This document shows positions 58,707 through 64,000 of a stretch of 64,000 nt of DNA, piece after piece (position 1 is the stretch's first letter; every line of letters starts with the position of its first letter). The stretch lies in assembly GCA_041483895.1 (NCBI GenBank), contig JBGPGO010000012.1:32001-96000 (forward strand), read 5' to 3'. The notes under the pieces are model-generated. The model worked only from the letters and a program-made list of their open reading frames with translations, did not search any database and was not told where the DNA came from. Origin of the DNA: Fimbriimonadia bacterium. Its GTDB lineage: Bacteria; Armatimonadota; Fimbriimonadia; Fimbriimonadales; JABRVX01. The translations under genes were made by a program, and so were the position numbers.

Positions 58707-59832
58707 GACCATTTCCTTTGCGATCACTTGCTGCCTCTTCGTCTCTTATGCCCTCGCGGATCCGAAGGTTTCGCCGCCGAAGAAATCGCAAGCCACGCTC
58801 AAGAAAGAGCTCCACGCCAAAAAATCCAGGCTCGCCAAGATAAAGAAGCAGATCCGCCAAAAGCGGAGCGAGGTGCATGAGAAGCGGCAAGATATGCGGG
58901 AGGTCGACGCGCGCCTCGATCGAATTACCGGCTCGCTGGTGCGCACTAAAAACCAATTGGCCGATTCCCAGCAGCGGCTTCTCACGGTCACCGTCGAAAA
59001 CTCCCAGGCCGCGCTGAATCTCGTGATCCGTCAAGATCAGTTTGGCAGGAGGCTTCGAACGATCTACAAACAGGGCGATTCTCGATTCGTCAGCGCGCTG
59101 GTCGGCACGCAATCCGTCAGCGACCTGGCAAGCCGAAGCTACATCCTGCGCCGCATTGCCGAGCGGGACCGCAAGATCGCTGACGACTACCAAGATGCCA
59201 AGCGGGACCTGGATGCGAAGCGCGCTGAGCAGGCCGAATTGGTGCAGCGGGTCAAGAGCTCGCTTGCCCGGCTGGCCGAACAGGAGCAATCCCTCCAGGT
59301 CGCTTTGGACGACAAGAAGACCGCCTATCGGCAATCGGTGCAAGAATTGGCTTCGCAAGAGGCGCAATATGCGGAGGAAAACGCAGCAACTCTGCAGATC
59401 GAGGCGGAGCTTCAGCGGTACTACGCCACCCCGCAAAGCAGCACCGTCAGGCCCTGGAAAGGCGGATTCATCCGGCCTGTCAACGGCCCTGTCACATCCG
59501 GGTACGGATACCGCTTCCACCCAATTCTGCATACGCGAAAGCTTCACACCGGCATCGATCTCGGCTCGCCGCAGGGGACTCCGATCAAGGCAGCCGCGGG
59601 AGGCCGGGTGATTAAGGCGGAATATTATCGCGGCTATGGCAACTGCGTGATCATCGACCACGGCGGGGGAACTTCAACGCTTTATGGCCACTGCTCGGCG
59701 CTGCTGGTATCGGTCGGACAGAATGTTCAGCAGGGTCAGATCATAGCGCGGGTCGGCTCGACCGGTCTTGCGACGGGACCGCATCTCCATTTCGAGGTTC
59801 GCCGATTCGGCAAGCCGGTGCCGCCGAATTAG
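58687..59832 (+). CDS. EnvC-like coiled-coil M23 peptidase
   Basis: Signal peptide, coiled coil, HTGID, YGH and TGPHLHFEV motifs. Confidence 0.88.
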   Translation: MNSRLLRTISFAITCCLFVSYALADPKVSPPKKSQATLKKELHAKKSRLAKIKKQIRQKRSEVHEKRQDMREVDARLDRITGSLVRTKNQLADSQQRLLTVTVENSQAALNLVIRQDQFGRRLRTIYKQGDSRFVSALVGTQSVSDLASRSYILRRIAERDRKIADDYQDAKRDLDAKRAEQAELVQRVKSSLARLAEQEQSLQVALDDKKTAYRQSVQELASQEAQYAEENAATLQIEAELQRYYATPQSSTVRPWKGGFIRPVNGPVTSGYGYRFHPILHTRKLHTGIDLGSPQGTPIKAAAGGRVIKAEYYRGYGNCVIIDHGGGTSTLYGHCSALLVSVGQNVQQGQIIARVGSTGLATGPHLHFEVRRFGKPVPPN

Positions 59833-59934
59833 CAGCCGGTCAATCGACCGGCAGCCAGGCACTATCGCCGCCTAGCAAGCAGGCGAATCATCGTTCGGCG
59901 AACTAGTGACAATACCGGACTGTATCCGGTCATG

Positions 59935-59963
59935 TTGACAGCCGTAAAGGTTCGTTGTATCCT
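59935..59963 (+). promoter_or_regulatory. Sigma70-type promoter
   Basis: TTGACA-17 nt-TATCCT. Confidence 0.65.
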
Positions 59964-60026
59964 ATATCAATACTAGCTCGGGATTTCCCCGTGCGTAATG
60001 TTTGCTTGGATTACCTGGAGGATGGT

Positions 60027-60692
60027 ATGAAGAAAGGTGCATTTGCTTTTGTCGTCTTAGCGGCGGCGCTTGCCTCTCCTGTTCTTGCGACGGATTACAC
60101 CATATCGTGGACCTGCGTTCTGGGCGGAAGTCTGTCATCCGGTGGCTCGACATTTCTTACCGGTCTTGTTAATTTCGGCGCGGACAACGTGTTGGACAAC
60201 GACGCGAACTTCACGTTTCCCGATGCCATGATTGGCGATGGCACAGGGATCGATGCGGGCACGCTCACAATTTTCTGCGACTTGGCAGTGGGCGGGCCGT
60301 ATCTGTTCACCGGCCTTACCGTCGACCTCATCGGGCAGCTCAAGGCAGGAACAAAGGCGCTGAATCCGCAGATCGCTTGGACGGAGAAAGTCTTCGATAC
60401 GACCAGCGGCAGCGTGCAGGTTGTCAATGATTCCGGAACCGATTTCTCGCAGCCGACGACGCGCTCATATAGCTTTGGTGCGGCAAAGAAGCTGCACATC
60501 GAAGAGACATTCAATCTGTCTGGGGTTACCTATAAAGACAACCAGGGGCAGACCCAAATCGATCAAGATGCGCTCGCCGCGCTGACTTTGGTTGAGAAGT
60601 CCATATCCGTAGTTGTGCCGGAGCCCAATGCGATCGCCGGGCTGGTGGCCGTTGCGGGCGTTCTCGCCGCTTATCGACTTCGACGGAAATAG
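60027..60692 (+). CDS. PEP-CTERM sorting-domain protein
   Basis: GGAGG RBS, signal peptide, VPEP + TM + RLRRK. Confidence 0.88.
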   Translation: MKKGAFAFVVLAAALASPVLATDYTISWTCVLGGSLSSGGSTFLTGLVNFGADNVLDNDANFTFPDAMIGDGTGIDAGTLTIFCDLAVGGPYLFTGLTVDLIGQLKAGTKALNPQIAWTEKVFDTTSGSVQVVNDSGTDFSQPTTRSYSFGAAKKLHIEETFNLSGVTYKDNQGQTQIDQDALAALTLVEKSISVVVPEPNAIAGLVAVAGVLAAYRLRRK

Positions 60693-60710
60693 GACAACGG
60701 CTTTAGCCGC

Positions 60711-60741
60711 GAACTCCCGCCCCCCGTTGGCGGGAGTTTTC
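60711..60741 (+). terminator. Rho-independent terminator
   Basis: AACTCCCGCC...GGCGGGAGTT followed by a short T-run. Confidence 0.7.
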
Positions 60742-60765
60742 GCTTTGGGGAGCGAACTGTTCGCT

Positions 60766-60954
60766 ATGCCCTATCCGCATCCAAGAACATACATCTGTTA
60801 CCGAACGGAATCTCTCGTCAGGATCGATGGCCGGTTGGGGGATCCAGCATGGGAGTTAGCCCCTTGGACCACCGACCGCTGCTTCGAAGCATCCGTTCGC
60901 CTCGGAACACAAACCGTCCGGATCAAGGACGACGGTCTCGTTTGGATCGATTAA
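60766..60954 (+). pseudogene. Internally deleted carbohydrate-binding family 9-like gene
   Basis: PRTYICYR...[15 protein letters not shown]-terminus joined directly to a C-terminus-like FEASV...IKDDGLVW; only 62 aa. Confidence 0.5.
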
Positions 60955-61385
60955 TCAGGCCATAGCTTTCGGATTGCGCTGGGCAGAAGCGCCTTGACTT
61001 GCCGTACTTCGCCTTCGGAAACATTTCGCGATAAGACGCGAAAAACGCCTCGTGTCATCGTTTCCGCATCGACGAACGGTCGGACACCGAAATTGGACAT
61101 TACCTCGCTTAGGAACCCCTCCCGACTGCGGTCCCGGCTCGCTCTCGACGGGTTCCACTCATCATAGTAGATGCCGCGCAATAGCAGAGGCATTTGCGCG
61201 CCGAGTTGTGCAACTTCATTTATGGTCAGCCTGGCGCGCAGGGCATGCAACACGGATCGCAGGGCATGGTAAGCTTCCTGCCTATTCTTGAGTTCCAAAG
61301 AAATCATGACATCGGACAGCCAGGCACGTGTCTTTTGCACGGTACTGTCGAATACTTCTAAGGTGGAATCTCTCATTTTCATCAC
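60951..61385 (-). CDS. DUF2267-family protein
   Basis: [34 protein letters not shown] and LP..IR.LWP motifs. Confidence 0.9.
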   Translation of the reverse strand: MMKMRDSTLEVFDSTVQKTRAWLSDVMISLELKNRQEAYHALRSVLHALRARLTINEVAQLGAQMPLLLRGIYYDEWNPSRASRDRSREGFLSEVMSNFGVRPFVDAETMTRGVFRVLSRNVSEGEVRQVKALLPSAIRKLWPD

Positions 61386-61462
61386 CTCTTCTGATTCACG
61401 ATACCGCGACAGTGGCGAGGGATCAAGTCGGAGAATTCAACGACAAGCGCAAAGGAGAAATT

Positions 61463-61539
<77 letters not shown>

Positions 61540-61586
61540 GGCCTGATTATACCCGATCTTGTACTTCGGACGCGCGACTCGAAGTT

Positions 61587-61637
61587 GCGACACGGTCAGG
61601 AGACCGGTCGCATCTGGGTAGGCCGGTCGCATCTGGG
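61587..61637 (-). repeat. REP copy (RAYT family) plus a partial duplicate
   Basis: GCGACACGGTCAGGAGACCGGTCGCATCTGGG, then CCGGTCGCATCTGGG. Confidence 0.8.
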
Positions 61638-61819
61638 CATTCATGTTGGCCAGATTTGCCCGCTGGTAAGTCCCGCAACTAATACGTGGTACACTTCGAC
61701 AAGTGACCCGGCGCACATTGATTAGATTCACGCGACCGGGCCACAAGTATGGATCGGCTATTGCCCGTTTTCATTTGCCTTCTCCTGGAAAGAAAATTGA
61801 TTGACAAGGAGAAAACAAC

Positions 61820-62536
61820 ATGCAGAACATCACCCGATCGCTGGTTGCGGCGTCGCTCCTAGCGACCGCATTCGCCGCCAACGCCACGATTACAATCAAC
61901 GAAATCCGCATCGACCAGGTCGGCACGGACAACGATGAATTCTTTGAGCTTACCGGGATGGCCGGCGATTCCTTGAACGACCTTGCGTACATCGTCATCG
62001 GCGATGGAACCGCCACGACCAAACAGGGCGTCATCGAGAATGTGACGAAGCTGACCGGGCTCTTCATCCCTGTCGACGGTTACTTTCTCGCCGTCGAGCC
62101 GACCTTTACGCTCGGCATCGGCAATGCCGATCTCGTGACCGCCGCGAATGGCCTCAATTTCGAAAACAGCGACAACGTGACCCACATGCTGGTTCGAGGG
62201 TTTACTGGCGCCAATGCTCAAGATCTGGATACCAATGATGACGGAATCCTCGACTTCACACCTTGGACTTCCATCGTAGATTGGGTCTCTGTAATCTCGG
62301 CTACCGGACCGCCGACGGGAGACTATACGTATTCCCCGATCACTGTCGGTCCGGACGGTACTTTCCCACCGTCTCATGTCTATCGGTTGCCCAACGGTTC
62401 CGGCCCTTGGCAGATTGGCAGTTTTGATTTTCTCGATTTCGACACGCCGGGGTCCGCGAACGTTCCAGAGCCCGGAAGCGTCGCGGCCGTTTTAACCGGC
62501 TTCGCCGGCCTTCTGGCGATCCGCCGCCGCCGATAG
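61820..62536 (+). CDS. PEP-CTERM protein with a lamin-tail-like domain
   Basis: Signal peptide, INEI...EFFEL, TPG..N, VPEP + TM + RRRR. Confidence 0.88.
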   Translation: MQNITRSLVAASLLATAFAANATITINEIRIDQVGTDNDEFFELTGMAGDSLNDLAYIVIGDGTATTKQGVIENVTKLTGLFIPVDGYFLAVEPTFTLGIGNADLVTAANGLNFENSDNVTHMLVRGFTGANAQDLDTNDDGILDFTPWTSIVDWVSVISATGPPTGDYTYSPITVGPDGTFPPSHVYRLPNGSGPWQIGSFDFLDFDTPGSANVPEPGSVAAVLTGFAGLLAIRRRR

Positions 62537-62550
62537 TTGATTCGTGCGAA

Positions 62551-62583
62551 GGGCCGCCGCTTCCGTTCTAGAGGCAGCGGCCC
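62551..62583. terminator. Hairpin between convergent genes
   Basis: GGGCCGC...GCGGCCC stem; no clear T-tract. Confidence 0.45.
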
Positions 62584-62589
62584 AATTCC

Positions 62590-64000
62590 TCACTGGTCGC
62601 CGGCTATCGCGAAGTTCGTTACGATGTTATTGAGGTCCTGAAGCGAAACCAGCTTGTCCCAGTCTATATCGCCTTCGCCGCCGCCGGTGCCGCCGAAGTT
62701 GACCAATACGGCGTTGAGATCCGGGATGCCGACAAGATTGTCGTCGTCTGCGTCGCCATTCATCAGACTGAAGTCAATTACCGTACTGGGAAACGTGACC
62801 GCGAAGTTCGTCTTCGTTTGGCGAAGCCAATTTGAGAACTTCACAGATATGTCGAATGTTCCTGTCGGAGCACCAACGAATGCGTACTTGCCAAACGCAT
62901 CTCGCGTTATGACTGAATTGTAGGCGATCGTCAGTGTCCCGGGAATGCGGAATTCAAGTGTGGCTGTACGTCCGGCACCGCCATAATACTCTTCTAATTG
63001 CACTACGCCGTTGACAGCCGTTGTCATGGTTTCGTTCATGGCAAGAACCCAGATTCCAGTAGCGAGGTCTCCCGCGAGAATTCTGTCCTGGCCGAGGAAC
63101 GGATAAACGCTCCAGCATCCGTCGAAGACGCCGGAAGTTGTAAACGGATACGTGTCGTAGTTGGCGACCGGCTGCAGCTGTTTTGTCTGGCGGTTCAAGT
63201 CTAGAACGAGAACACCCAGTTGATACCAAGAGCAGAACAGACGATCGCCAACAAATAGTGGATTGTGAACGCAAAGTGCATCCGTCTGCGGACGTCCATA
63301 GGTTTGGCGAATCACAAGGGAAGTGCCGGTCTCCGATTCAACAACTTCAAACAACCTCAATCCTCCGAAGATATGCTCTTCAGCCGTAACTACGTATTGA
63401 CCGTCATCGGTCTGCCAACAACTGTGAACGGACTGTCCGGGTGCCTTGGCTTTAAATACCGGTGGTTGGTTGGCAATATTGCTGATATCGTACAGCTTTA
63501 GCCCGGCGTCCCATGCGGCGACCCAAAGGCGATTGCCGGCAACGGTGATGTCGTGGACAAAATCACCACCTCCGTCATCATGCTCCGTATGCGTGTTGAG
63601 CACCCACTTGGCCTGCGTAATCGTTGGTCCGGCAGGGGCAGTGATATCGAAGCTTCGCAGGTCGATGATCACTACTTTTTCCTGCCTTGAGTCGACCAAG
63701 TACAGCCAGCCGTTTTGGTAGAACAGGTCGTGTACGTAGGTGATGTCCGGTACGTTGATTTTGCGCTTAAGAACCGGGTGATACGGGTCGCGAACGTCCA
63801 CAATCTCGGCGTCGTTGACCCCGCTCTCTTCGAAACCGATGAACAACATGCCGTTGCGCGCCGTTACGTCTTGCGCGCTGCAGTTTTGGTCTGGAGATCC
63901 CACGTAATAGATTGCTGCCGGGACCGGGTTGCTCGGGTCCGTGACGTCAATGATATCTACCTTGTTCTGTCCATAGTGTCCGCAATACAGAAAGTTGCCG
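62590..64000 (-). CDS. LVIVD/choice-of-anchor-B-like beta-propeller protein with a dockerin-like C-terminus; 5' end outside the window
   Basis: Repeated VHD/VHS/VHN blades, SWYQLG, GCWSVYPF and NGDADDDNLV..PDLN...DIDWDKLV; reading frame open to the window edge. Confidence 0.8.
   Translation of the reverse strand, partial: GNFLYCGHYGQNKVDIIDVTDPSNPVPAAIYYVGSPDQNCSAQDVTARNGMLFIGFEESGVNDAEIVDVRDPYHPVLKRKINVPDITYVHDLFYQNGWLYLVDSRQEKVVIIDLRSFDITAPAGPTITQAKWVLNTHTEHDDGGGDFVHDITVAGNRLWVAAWDAGLKLYDISNIANQPPVFKAKAPGQSVHSCWQTDDGQYVVTAEEHIFGGLRLFEVVESETGTSLVIRQTYGRPQTDALCVHNPLFVGDRLFCSWYQLGVLVLDLNRQTKQLQPVANYDTYPFTTSGVFDGCWSVYPFLGQDRILAGDLATGIWVLAMNETMTTAVNGVVQLEEYYGGAGRTATLEFRIPGTLTIAYNSVITRDAFGKYAFVGAPTGTFDISVKFSNWLRQTKTNFAVTFPSTVIDFSLMNGDADDDNLVGIPDLNAVLVNFGGTGGGEGDIDWDKLVSLQDLNNIVTNFAIAGDQ

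Noticed and set aside
60700..61462. Integrative element at the tRNA-fMet 3' end
   Set aside because: No integrase and no duplicated tRNA 3' end found in the window.

Overview
A GC-rich bacterial chromosomal window, probably from a diderm Armatimonadota-like organism. That assignment is inferred from PEP-CTERM proteins, secreted proteins with dockerin-like C-termini, an H-X9-DG protein, RqcH and outer-membrane barrels. Most of it is housekeeping: a CsoR copper cluster, ileS-lspA-tauE-ispE, rqcH, MATE, sugar catabolism, prpD, mgtE, a complete rrf2-sufCBD-Rieske-sufSU-sufT operon, rho, hpt-guaA, mtnP, ftsEX-envC and tRNA-fMet. The most striking unannotated structure is a dense set of short palindromic repeats around an intact REP-associated tyrosine transposase (RAYT, 41415-41951). 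(1) A GATGCGACCGGTCTCC(T/G)GACCGAGTCGC hairpin family forms an 8-copy array with G-rich linkers beside the RAYT, and one copy sits in frame inside an enzyme gene. (2) About 13 GTAG-footed elements have a covarying 8-bp stem and a variable loop of nearly fixed length (33-36 nt); they pair into ~165-bp inverted doublets and supply stop codons to three genes. (3) A covarying 11-4-11 hairpin family brackets a cassette island carrying DinB, an orphan DUF433 and a mini-RHS metallopeptidase toxin with an immunity lipoprotein. (4) GTCATTCCG palindromes occur at two loci. Other items of note: a fossil tandem duplication of an ASPIC/UnbV gene with an ftsE scar, a candidate structured ncRNA, a caspase-like/DUF4145 islet, a DUF5678-retropepsin pair, a cupredoxin-porin-GGDEF/HD-GYP operon and frequent leaderless-type promoters. 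All family calls come from motif recognition by eye; no searches were run.
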